Part shown: piece by piece, positions 14,120 to 26,132 of the stretch
Numbering within the stretch: position 1 is the stretch's first letter
Layout: every line of letters begins with the position of its first letter
Notes under the pieces: model-generated
What the model saw: only the letters and a program-made list of their open reading frames with translations
What the model was told of the DNA's origin: nothing
Database searches by the model: none
Program-made: the position numbers and the translations under genes
Assembly: GCA_016748015.1 (NCBI GenBank)
Contig: JAAOMT010000553.1
Location: forward strand, 214,923 to 278,922
Direction: 5' to 3'
DNA length: 64,000 nucleotides
From: Geosiphon pyriformis uo1
Taxonomy: Eukaryota; Fungi; Glomeromycota

Positions 14120-15121
14120 TGTTACTGGAGGTTTTTGGTCTCTTTTCTTGAATGTTGTAACTGTCTGTTGGTTGCAAATTCACGTTTTCTAGAAGTAGTT
14201 GAACCTTCAATAGCTGAATTTATTTTCAAATTATCTCCTATAATTTGAACTGCTGGGCTTATAAGTGGAATGGCCAATTTCTTGCCAGTTACTTTATGTA
14301 GTTACATTGTAGTAAATGTCAACTCTTTCCCAAGAATTGCTCATCTGGAAGTTTACTAAAAATGTGTAGTTACTTTGCTGTAAAAGTCAACTCTTCTACA
14401 GGAATTTCGTCTGTAGGCTATCCTAATGATTATAATAAGAAAAAAAATAAAAAAATAAAAAAAATGTAAAAGAAATCAAGAGAAACGTTTTCTATTCAGG
14501 CCTGGAGTCACTAACAGTTTACTGAAATTGGTAGCTAATTAATTTCAAAACGCTAGTTGGGTTTGGGGATTTTCCAAGTGCAATAATTAAAGAATTTGGT
14601 TTTTTTGAATTATTTGATATTTATTTCTTTTTGTGTATATAGGAATGGTTCTAAGTAATAAATCTAAAGTAAGATACATTTTCTTGAAGAGAAAAGCTTT
14701 TCTTTTATACAACTTGTTGTAGTACTAGTCTATGAACTTGCACTTTTTCTCTTTGCTCAAATTTTGGCAAACTAAAAATACATTTTAATGAACTACAAGT
14801 TATTTCGCTGAACTATTAATTAATTTGGATAAACTATTCATAATTTTGGCAAATTTCTATAAATTTCGGCGAATTTCATATAAATTTCGGCGAATTTCTG
14901 TAAATTTCGGCGAATTTTAGAATGTTACAAAGTTCAAGGTATTGTGTAATTTAATCATCTTACTTTCTGTTATACTAATTGGATTATTAATTGAATCGTT
15001 ATATGTGATAAATTGATTAAATAATAAGTGATAATTTGGATTGATATTAACATGTTAATTACTGATAGGAATTATAAGGATAATTTCATGCTAATTAATA
15101 GCTAAAATTCTACTGGTAACA
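14120..15121 (-). repeat. 3' LTR of element C (1002 bp); PPT AAGGAGAAGG at about 15124-15133
   Basis: TGTTA...TAACA; roughly 90% identical by eye to 23086-24097; AAATTTCGGCGAATTT x3 subrepeat. Confidence 0.96.
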
Positions 15122-15155
15122 TAACCTTCTCCTTAAGACTGAGCTCCATCAAAGT

Positions 15156-15809
15156 TCAAGCACTATCTGTAATGTCAAGATAGTGGTTTAAGATAATTGA
15201 AGTGATTTGCTCTGAAAATTGTTGAAATTTCAGTTCTGTGAGCTTTTCAATGTATTGTATTTTCAATGGTTGAAGTATTGGGCTTTGTAGGACGTTTTCA
15301 CAAGTATTAAACAAGTCATAGAGTCTAAGAACTGCTCTAAGTTTGTAGTGAGTGTTTGTTGATCCAGCTGCTGTCTTGAATTCATTGTGAATTTGTTTTT
15401 GTATGGCTTCTGGGGTGGTATTTGTTGCTTCAAGTTCTAGTTTTCGTTTATAAAGTGTTTTTCCAATGCAAAAATATTTAAATATGAGGGTATGTTCATT
15501 GTTCTGTTCATTAAGTAATAGTAGAAGTTTTTGTTGTATTGTGGTATTTGGTGGAATGTCAATAGAGGCAGATAAAAAGTTTTCTTTTAGTGCCTGCTTC
15601 AAAAGTTCTGGTAATCTATTCTCAGAGTGACTTCTTGTTTTTCTTCTATAGAAGTGGTAGTTCTGAGAATTATTTATTACTGGGACTGTGGTTTCTTTCT
15701 GAATGTAATTGATTTGACTTTCATTAATTGTTATGGATAAGTCAGGAAGTATTTTCAAGACTAACATTAATTTTTGGAATATTTGTTGAATATTTCAGAG
15801 AATAATCAT
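15156..15809 (-). CDS. ORF3 of element C: protein of at least 203 aa, unknown function, between integrase and PPT
   Basis: Open frame 15156-15767; in-frame upstream ATG at 15809 separated by one TGA; homologous decayed ORFs in B, D, E and F; no signal peptide or TM segment evident. Confidence 0.75.
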
Positions 15810-15989
15810 GATAAAATTGACTAATTAATGAAAAAGAAGAATAAAGAAAAATATTTTTTTTTGGGTTTGGGGTTTTATTTGTTTTTGGGTTTTGGGTGTT
15901 TGTAATTATTTATTATTTTTGTCTTTTGTGTATTATTAAAGATTATTGTAAAATTATGTTGAATTAAGTATTTAAGTTTGGTTGTTGTT

Positions 15990-17345
15990 CTATTATAATT
16001 ATTGGTTCTAAATTTCAGGGAATATTTTCAAGATTAATTAAAGGAGAATGTGTACCAATTTGTGGAATTAATGGTTCAGGATTGTTTTTGGAATGATAGT
16101 GTTTCAATCTATCTTTATGTGCAACTTTTGCTAGTACTTTGTCATCAAGCCTTAACCTGTATGATTCATTGCCTAGAATTTCGTAAATATAAAATGGTTC
16201 ATCCTATTTGTTTTCAAATTTCCCATTCCATTGTTTTTCAGCCTTAGTTCTGTATAAAAAAACTTTATTTCCTATTTTAAATTCGTTGGTTATGGGTGGT
16301 AATTTGTTGTCATGTCTTTTTTTTTGTTGAGCTTGGAAATATTTAATATGAGTTGTTGCTATCCTTCTTTTTCCTTCCAGTGTACTAAAAAGAGTGTAGG
16401 CCCTTCTTTGGAGTGTTTTTTGCAAGTTCTCTTTATTAATTGGTTGCACAGGATATGTTTTCACTGTGAAATTAATTGGTAATATTGCTGTCCTTCCATA
16501 AGTAAGATCAAATAGTGTGTGTTTCATAGTATCTTGTTTCAGTGTTCTGTATGCTAGTAACACTAATGGAATAAAGATATCCTATTTCTGTTCAAAGTCT
16601 ATTGAGACCTTGGCTAGAGGTTCACACAATGTTCTGTTGAAATGTTTTACAAGTCCATTTGTTTGAGGGTGATAAGGTAATGATAGAGATCTTTTGACAT
16701 TGAATCATTCACAAATTTCTTGTATCAAGTTGTTCACAAAATGTGTTCTTTGATCAGATAAGAGTTTAATTGGGCATCTATGTCTACAGATAATGTTTTC
16801 ATAGATGAAATTTGCTACTGATTTTGCATCTGCTCTTTGGATGGCTCTAGCTTCAAGCCATTTGGTAAGATAATCCACTACAACTGCAATATAATAATTT
16901 TCTTGGGTTGTGATAGGTAATGGTTCGACTAAATCAATTCCAACTCTGTTAAAAGGTTGTCCAACTTTGATTGGATTTAAAGGTTTGTGGGGTGAGTTCT
17001 TCCTCTTTTTTGACAACTATCATAAGATTCTACATATTGTCGAATGTCTTTTTGCATATGAGGCCAAAAATAATGTTCAAGAGTTCTTTGAATTGTTCCA
17101 TCTCTTCCCAAGTGTGCTGAAGAAGAATCTGTGTGCATGTTGTATAGAATTGTTTCTTTTTTATTTTCCTGTACTAATCTGAGTGGTTGGTTTGGGTTTT
17201 TACAATTTTTGTAATAGATTTTGTTGTGGTGTATAAAATATTGTTTGGATTGGTGTTGAAATTGATGTTTTTCACTTGGAAACCAATTTTCTGGCATGGT
17301 GAGAGTTTCCAAATAGTTTTTGATGTTGTTGTAATTTTTTAGATC
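15990..17345 (-). pseudogene. pol: Integrase of element C
   Basis: MHTDSSSAHLG, RVGIDLV, DYLTKWLEARAI, LLSDQRTHF, LLAYRT, YGRTAILP. Confidence 0.95.
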
Positions 17346-17415
17346 TATTGTTGTTAATTTTGTTGTTTGTTCTGCTGTTAAGTTTGTTGGTGTTTTGTTG
17401 GTGTTGATGTTGGTA

Positions 17416-18730
17416 TTAATATTGTCTTATTCTTGAGAGGCTATCAACATTGGTGTGTAGTTTTCCTGGTTTGTGATGTACAATGTATCTGTAGTTTGCT
17501 AGAAAGTCATTCCATCGAGACTGTTTGGCACTTTGTTCAGTTTTCTTTTTATTAAGCCATTTAAGGCCAATATTGTCAGTTATTATGTCAAATTTTTTTC
17601 CATTCTTCAGGTATTGTTGAAAGTGTTTGAGAGCCCAGATGACTACAGCAGCTTCCAATTTAGTTGAGTCATATTTGAGTTCTGTTGGCTTGAGTGTTCT
17701 GCTGATATAGACAATAACTTGTTCCTGGTCATTTTCATCCAATTGTAATAAGATGGCACCAAATGTTATGTGTGAAGCATCAGTGGCTAATTGGAATTAT
17801 TTGTTGAAGTCTGGGTAAGCAAGAACTGGGGCTGTTGTCAATTTTGTTTTGAGAGTTTCAAAAGCTTTTTGTTGTTCTTCAGTCCATTTGTATGATACGT
17901 TTTTGTTGGTAAAATAATTGAGTGGTTTGGCAATTTCTGAGAATTTTTTTATGAATTTTCGATAGTAAGAGACTAATCCTACAAATCCTCTTAGTTCTGT
18001 GGTATTTCTGGAGGTTTGAAAGTTTTTGACAGCACTAATTGTTCCTGAATTTGGTTTAACTTCATCTTTACTAACTATGTGTCTAAGAAAGATCAAGCTT
18101 GTTTTTCCAAAGTGACATTTCTCAATGTTTAACTTTAATCCTGTTTTCTGTAATTGTTGAAAAACTTCTCACAAGTAAATGAGATGAGTCTCAAAGCTTG
18201 GTGAGTATACATTAGTGTTATTAAGATAGACAACTACTAATTGCCACAAGAGTTCTTCATATACAACATTCATAAGTCACTATAATGTTGCTGGTGCATT
18301 ATAGAGTCCAAAAGACATAACATTGAACTCATAATTTCCTACTTGGGTGGTAAATGCTGTTTTGGGTCGGTCTTTTGAATCCATTTTGACTTGCCAGTAT
18401 CCACTTTCTAAGTCTAAAGTTGAGAAGAACTTGGCTTTTCCTAGAGCATCTAGCATGTCATCAATTCTTGAAAGAGGGTAGGCATCTCTAATTATTATAC
18501 TGTTCAATTAACAATAGTCAATACAAAATCTGATTTTTCCATTTTTTTTTTGACAACGACTACTGGTGAGGCCCAAGAACTTCTTGATAGTTAAATCAAT
18601 CCGTTATTGAGCATTCTCTGGACTTCTTCTCTGATGAATTGGTGGCTAATAGGTGGCACTTTGTAAGCTTGCTGACATTTTGGTGGAGCATCTCCTGTAT
18701 GAATCTAATGTTGAATCATATTCGTTTTTC
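17416..18730 (-). pseudogene. pol: RT and RNase H of element C
   Basis: FSTLDLESGYWQV, KTAFTT, SFGLYNAPAT, VYLNN (decayed YLDD), LRGFVGLVSYYRKFI, ATDAS, ITDN, NVDSLSR. Confidence 0.96.
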
Positions 18731-19254
18731 TTAGGTTATTGTTGTCTTTTGCAAATATATCTGTAAATTCAGCTATTAATTGTTTCAATTGTCTTTGTTG
18801 TTGAGGTTCTAAGAGACCCATGTTGATTCAAGAGAGTTTTTTTTCCAAAAAGTGGTAGTTTTTAGTAGTCAGAATGATATTTAGATTTGGGAGTAGAGTG
18901 TGCCTTACAATTTCAATAAAATTAAAAACAATTTGAGAGTTTTCATATTGAAAAATATTGCTGTTTATGATTCCAATTTCTAGTTTGTTTAATAAGACAA
19001 TAGGGTAATTATTGGAGTTGTAGAATGTAATTTGAAATTTTTTCATTTATTTGGAAATATAAACGTTTGAAATTGAGATTTCATGCTTTAAACAGATTTG
19101 TTCATTGGATTCAAAGATTTGTTGTGTAGTGGTGGGTTTTGAGCAAGTGTAAATTTTGTGATGTTCTCCAAAAGGTGAAATAGTAATTGGCTGGGGAAGT
19201 TAAAAAATCTGGTGAAATTCATTTTGTGTATTAAGAGCTATGTTTACTGAAACT

Positions 19255-19660
19255 GTAAATTGTCCAGTTGAACCAAAATCTTGCATTTCTCTATCACTGT
19301 TTCCCAATTGTTCTCTGTTGTTAACTGATTGTAAACCCAAAATATTAATTAAGAGTAGGTAAATTGCTTGAGCAATTTTTTTAGCATGTTCAATCTTGAA
19401 TGGTTTGTCTGTTTCATTCTGCAACATGATGATAATGTCTCCAGTATATCTTGCATCTATAACTTCTCTTCTAATATTGATTCCTTTGCTTGCCAATGAT
19501 GATCTGAAGGCAATTTGAACCATTGCTTCTGGTGGAATTTTAAGAGCAATTTTGAGATTGATTTTTGTCAAAAACATTGGTTGGAGAACCAAAGTATCTT
19601 TTCCTGAATATCTTAGATCATATCTAGCATCAATTTCGTGGCTTTTTTTGGTCTGATTCC
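19255..19660 (-). pseudogene. dUTPase domain of element C
   Basis: AHEIDARYDL, FRSSLASKG, VIDARYTG, KIAQAI, REMQDFGSTG. Confidence 0.92.
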
Positions 19661-20619
19661 TTGGCCATGGTTGTCGAAATATTTAAGTTGTAGAGGTGGT
19701 TGCTTTTCAAGAAAATAGATGGGAGTGATTGGTAGTTTTTCTACTAGTTCAGATACTTCAAATTCGATTTCATTTTCATCATTCTCATCTGGCAGAGGAA
19801 TGCTAAGAGCATAACATTCTAAACACTATTGGTTATCACAAGGCATAACACATTCTTCACACAATTGAATGTTTATTTGCTCTAATTGTTGAATTTGAGC
19901 TTTTTTGGTCGGATATGTGTGGCTTGTAATTTGGTGGTAGGTTTCTACTTCATCTTCATAATCAAATCTAGCTAATTCTATGATATACTCAATGTATTCA
20001 GCTTCTTTTATTTGGCAGACATCTTCTTGGGTGGCTCCATTAATCAATGCTATTGCTAGGTCAAAAATCATTTTAGTATCATAAGGGTAATGGTAAGGTT
20101 TTTTGAAAGCACTATTGTATGCTGCATCAAATGGTGTTCTTCTTCTGATTTTTTCCAAAATTGATAGAGCATATTGACAGGTCTAATTATATACTCCTCC
20201 TTTTATTGCTACATCAATCCAATTGCATTTTTCTGGTAGTCTTTCTCCACAAGTAAGGCAAAGAGTTTTGTCCCATTTTTCACTTCTCTTTGGGGATCCA
20301 AATAATTTTCTATGACCTGTCTTGCAGAAGTAACAAGTGTGAGTTTCGTATTTCTTTTCTGGGAAAATACAGGCTTTTATAGATAAAAGCTTTTTTTTGC
20401 AATCTTTGTATTTTAGTGGAATGTATAGTGGTTCTTTTCATGGTTCTGGTATAGAATATCTAACTTTTTTCCATTCTCTTGATTTTTCAAAAATCTCTTG
20501 TTCTGTTTTCTCAGCCCAATTAGATAATAATCCAAGAGCTATGTAGGTTTCAATAAGTGGCATTTCCTTCTCTTCTTCAAATTCAAATACTGGAGCTTTT
20601 TCTGATCATTTGTTAAAGA

Positions 20620-20990
20620 TACCACAGATTGCAGGTACTATGATATATTGTTCTTGATATGAGATTTTAAGTTCTTAAGTTTCTCAGTTCAGGTTTGTAT
20701 TGGTCTTGAGAAGCCAATCATTTTCGACTAGAGCTTAGTATTGAGGTGCATTCATAATAAGAACTTTAACTGGAATGGTGATTCCATCAATTGTAAAGGG
20801 AAAATCATCAATTTCTCCTATTGTAGTCTTCTTCATATCATCAGCTGTGACAATAACTGTTTGAGCTGGTCTGTTTATGTTTTGTTTGAGTTGTTGTATC
20901 AGCTGGTAAGTGATGATACTTCCAGCTAATCCACTATCTAAGATTAAGCAAATGGGTTTTCCTTCTACTGTAGCTTTTGTGTACATAACA
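20620..20990 (-). pseudogene. Aspartic protease of element C
   Basis: LILDSGLAGSIIT active-site motif, in the same frame as the gag fragments. Confidence 0.92.
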
Positions 20991-21559
20991 GTAATTGCTT
21001 TCTGTTTATTGACTGCTGCATTACTAAGCAGAAATGGTGATTCATTTGCTTCAAATTCAAATGGAAATATATCTAACAGATTGACATTTTGGGCAATTTG
21101 AGCTGGTGAAATGGTGTGGTTGGAAGGGTTTGATCTTGGTGCTACAACTTCATTTTCAGAAAGTGCAGTTTGTTGAAAATTCGATTCCTCTGGTATTGTA
21201 AGATAACTGGGTTGAGTGTAATAGTGATTGGGTCTTTGTTGACCAGAATTTCGGGGAACCAACTGGTTATTTGAATTGATTCTGTTGTTGTTACTTTGCA
21301 ATTGATTTTGGGGTGTAAATTGGTTATGTTGAACCAATTTTCTTGTTAGTATTTGATATTGTTGAGTGAGTGGTGTCTGATATGGCTGAATTGGTAAAAG
21401 TTGTTGATATTGTTGCTGCATTGGTTGTGGAACTGGTGAATAATAACTGTTTTAATTTTGTGGTCTTGGTGAATAATAGGTTGGTGGTAGAGATTGGTAA
21501 TAAGATTGTTGTGATAAAGAGTAACGTTGATTACTCCTGTTTTGTTGGTCTCTTTGTAA

Positions 21560-23085
21560 TTTCCTACAATCTCGTTTCCAGTGTCCTGAAATTCCACAAT
21601 AATGACAATTTTGAGGTTGGTTGTTGGATGGTAATCCAAAATTGTTTTGGTTGCATCATTGTAGGGGTTGATATCTTTGTGGTTGTTGTTACTGTTGTTG
21701 TTGGTTTGTAAAGTAGCTTTCAACCTTTTTTGTGAGTTGGTCTATCTTCTCTTCAGCTGCTGAGCTGGTTTCTCCAATTGCAAGGTTTACAAGTTTGATG
21801 TAATTTGCTTCTTTCATTGTCATTTCATTACTCTTTGCATGTCTAATAGCAGTTGCTAAGTCTGCTGGAGCATGTGAACAGACTTTTTTAATCAGTTTGT
21901 CTTTTAACTCTGCTATAAACTGATTCAGAATTTGAGCATTAGAATAGTAGTCATTGGTTTTCAATTGTCAGATTCATCTGAGAAGTTTGTTAAATTTTTC
22001 AAAATAGGCCATAACAGTTTCAGATGTTTCTTGTTTGATATTGTGAAAACAGTTTCTGAAAGTGATAAAGGTATTGTTGTTGGTGAATTGTTGTAGAAAA
22101 GCATCTTTGAATGCTTACCAGTTTTCAAATGGTTCTTCTAAATTTTCAAACCATTCTTCTGCTGTTCCTTGGAGAAAGTAAGAAATTGCTTTAAGCATTC
22201 TTGCTGCAATTCAACCATTTGCATCTCCTGTTTTTTGAACTTTGTCAAGCCATTCTTGAAGACTGGTATTATTATCTTCACTCGTGAATTCTGGAATCTT
22301 TGCAATATAAGCAGTTGCCATTTCGTCTTCATTTTCTGTGGCTTCTTCTTGTTCTGATTCAGTTTTTTTACTTTCCAAATTTTCTGAATGATCACTTTTG
22401 TTTTTCTGCAAGTATTCAATAATATTGGTGCTTGTTGATATAGGTTCCTACTGTTGAGTAGGATTTTTAGGTGACTGAAAATCTTCTGGTCTGAAGAAAT
22501 GGTTAAGTGGTGAATTTGGTGTTTGTGGTCGAGCAAGTGAAATTGGAAATGATGTAATAGAAAGTGGTAATTTGACACTGGTTTTTTGTTCAGATGTTTG
22601 CAAGTGTTTGGCAGTTGTCTTTGGTAGTATTGGAGTGTTTGGAGTGGTTTTTGAGTGTTGTTTTACTTTTTGTTTGCCTTTGTTGCCTGTTTTTATTTTT
22701 GATTCAAAGTTAAAAGAATATTTAGACTGTACTGGGTATTTTTCTTCGCAATATTTGATAATGTTGTAATTGAGTTCTTGAAAGTAGGTGGCAAGTGTTT
22801 CACTGTTAAGGTCTTCAATTTTCAATCATAAATAGTGTACTAGAATATTGTAGAGGTTGCTTTTCACTTCTGAAATGTTGTAATTTCCAAGAAGATAATT
22901 GTTAATATGGTTTTCAATGTATTGGTAGAGTGTTCTTTCAACAATTTCAATTCAATCTGGGATGTTGAATCTCTGCTTGCAATGGATGTAAATTGACTGA
23001 TAATACTCTAGAGTTGTTGTGTCTGGTGTGGTTACCACTTTGAAGTTTATTGTTTGCTGTGTTATTTCTATGAAAGAGCACTAAA
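21560..23085 (-). pseudogene. gag: gag of element C (decayed PBS at about 23066-23083)
   Basis: AKIPEFTSED..QEWLDKV capsid start; intact knuckle CHYCGISGHWKRDC; ORF fragments starting at 22825, 22411, 21964, 21421 and 20158 share one frame. Confidence 0.93.
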
Positions 23086-24097
23086 TGTTACTGGAGGTTT
23101 TTGGTCTCTTTTCTTGAATGTTATAACTGTCTGTTGGTTGCAAATTCACGTTTTCTAGAAGTAGTTGAACATCTAATAACTGAATTTATCTTCAAATTAT
23201 CTCCTATAATTTGAATTGCTGGGCTTATAAGTGGAATGGCCAATTCTTTGCCAGTTACTTTATGTAGTTACGTTGTAGTAAATGTCAATTCTTTTTGAGG
23301 AATTGCTCATCTGGAAGCTCACTAAAAATGTGTAGTTACTTTGCTGTAAAAGTCAACTCTTTTACAGGAATCTCGTCTGTAGACTACCTTAATGATTGTA
23401 ATAAGAAAAGAAAAGAAAAATAAAAAAAATGTAAAAGAAATAGGATTTTATCAAGGGAAACGTTTTCTATTCAGGCCTAGAGTCACTAACAGTTTACTAA
23501 AATTGGTAGCTAATCAATTTCAAAATGCTAGTTGGGTTTTAGAGATGTTCCAAGTGCAATAATTAAAGAATTTGGTTTTTTCGAATTATTTGATATTTAT
23601 TTCTTTTTGTGTATATAGGAATGGTTCTAAGTGATAAATCTAAAATAAGATACATTTTTTTAAAGAAAAAAGCTCTTTTTTTATACAACTTGTTGTAATA
23701 CTAGTCTATGAATTTGCACTTTTTTTCTTTGCTCAAATTTTGGCAAACTAAAAATACATTTTGATGAACTACAAGTTATTTTGCTGAACTATTGATTAAT
23801 TTGGATGAACTATTCATAATTTTGGCAAATTTCTATAAATTTTGGTGAATTTCATATAAATTTCGGCAAATTTCTGTAAATTTCAGTGAATTTTAGAATG
23901 TTACAAAGTTCAGGGTATTGTGTAATTTGATCATCTTACTTTTTGTTGTACTAATTGAATTATTAATTGAATTGTGATATGTAATAAATTGATTAAATAA
24001 TAAGTGATAATTTGGATTGATATTAACATGTTAATTACTGATAGGAATTATAAGGATAATTTCATGCTAATTAATAGCTAAAATTCTACTGGTAACA
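23086..24097 (-). repeat. 5' LTR of element C (1012 bp)
   Basis: Direct repeat of 14120-15121; followed on the element strand by a PBS-like TTTAGTGCTCTTTC. Confidence 0.96.
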
Positions 24098-26132
24098 ATG
24101 GTAGAACAGCAACATTATCAGTTGAGATAGAAGTCAAGACATATCCAACAGAACCAATAACAGAAGAAAATTTTCAAAGAACATTGTTAAAAAAAACATA
24201 TGACTTTATGGAGACACTAGAAAACATATGGCAAAAAGCAGCTAATAACATCCAAAAGTTACAAGAAAAACAAAAAGAAAGACATGATAACCAACTACCA
24301 GAGAAACCAGTTGAATTCAAGATTGGAGACAAAATACTTCTACATCGTATTAAAGCAGAAAAACAATGGAGTGGAAAATTTGATCCCAAATAGGACAAAC
24401 CATTTCACATAGAAGAAATTCTTGGAAATAGAGCTTATAAATTAAGGCTGAACAACAAAATCTTAATCAAAGCAGCACATAGTGATTAACTGAAACAATA
24501 TCACTATAGAGCATTATTATCCACCAGTAATATTCTACAATTAGGAGTACAGAAAATACTAGTCAAACCAGATAAGATTCCACAAGATCTAGAACCAATT
24601 ATAATTATTGAACCAAACACATAAAAAGTAAACAACCAAGAAGTATATAAAAACATAACATATGTGACAAAAAACAGCAGAAAATGAAGATTACTAACAA
24701 TATTCATTCACTAGCACAACAACTCTTTCAACTGATCCAACAACAAGAAATAAAAATTACAATTAACTAATAAACTATCAGATACACAAACACCAAAAAA
24801 AAACCACAAGATAAAATATGGAGAAAAACAGAAAACACTGTTGACAAAATAATTACAAAAGTAAAATTGGCAATAGAAACACAACCAAAAGTCATCCAAT
24901 ATTAAAAGTTGATTATAAAAACTTGGAATTGGTAGACACAACAATTTCTAAGAAACTTTTATTACTTTTACTTGGGACAACACTTGAACATTCAAAATTT
25001 ATACATGGATAAAACAAAATAATTATTCAACACAACAATACTGTAACAACTGGAAAAATTTGTGGAAAAAAACAATTTGACCATACAAGCAAGAGCCATT
25101 TATTGACTACATACTGGATTTCAAGATCGACTAGAAATCTTACTCAATACAAAAATGGACACTATTATGGTTAACCAAATAGGAAAAATAACCAATGCCC
25201 AATTTGAAGAATTACAAAACAAGATAATACAAATAATTCTTGAAAAAAAAGTTCAAGAAATACTTAAAAACAGAGAATTAGAGCTAGGAAATTTAGGAGA
25301 TTTTGACAGAGCTCAATATTAAAAGGAGGAAATAATGTTACTTATAAAATATAGGAAATATATTAGTATATAAATTAGCCAATCAAAAGTAACCATAGTA
25401 AATATGAAATTCCAGGATTCCTCTTAGAGGAATTGCAGAATTCCAGGAATTTCAGGATTTTTGTACAAAAAATTGCAGGATTCCTGGGGTGAAGAATTGA
25501 GAAATTGAGAAATCTCAATTATGTATATATAGCAGTAATATTAGAAGTAGAAAAAACAGACCTTCTAGTTTAGATTTAATCTAAGCAATCTTTCACATTA
25601 TGAATATCAATAAATAATTATTTAATATCTCCAATCTATTCCCTACTATCAACACTTTATGTTGATAGCAATTGATACTTAACCATACTGGAACAATAGC
25701 TCTTGATCATAACTATTGACAGAATACTAACTTGCAATTGCTTTTGTTTATTTCTTTATTTTCTTTTATTTTCTTTTATTTTTTTTTGTATTTTTTTTGG
25801 GTTTACTAATTAATTAAAGATTAAAGCATTGAATTACAGACATCATAGGGACTGGTAAAAGACCCGTAAAACAAGGGTAGAACACTCATAGATTTGAGGA
25901 TAGCTTATTAGGAGGATTATCAACCACCATGCTAAAAAAAAAATTCAACAGAATTGCAATTTCAAGAGACTACTAAAACAACTATTAAATCTCTGTCTAT
26001 TATACAAAAAACTCTACAACAAAATTTTCAGATTAACAAAACTTTCAGATCACCACCATTATGAATAGCTTCTGAGCACCAAGTTATGGGTTTTGTTATT
26101 TGATTTAAGACCCCAAATAATCATCTGTAATA
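24098..26132 (+). mobile_element. Element D: 3' fragment of an A-type Ty3/Gypsy (integrase C-terminus, ORF3, PPT, 3' LTR 25336-26132)
   Basis: GRTATLSVEIE..EFKIGDKILL..KQWSGKFDPK; ORF3 remnant ending about 25322; PPT AAAAGGAGGAAATAA. Confidence 0.93.

Larger units (their letters stand above)
14120..24097 (-). mobile_element. Ty3/Gypsy element C, structurally complete (about 10 kb) but with non-matching flanks
   Basis: Paired LTRs 14120-15121 and 23086-24097, PBS, PPT and all domains present; left flank GCAT, right flank ATGG. Confidence 0.96.

Noticed and set aside
15960-16200. Chromodomain at the integrase C-terminus
   Set aside because: Only a GPF/Y-type module and an EPIIII tail are visible; no chromodomain aromatic pattern
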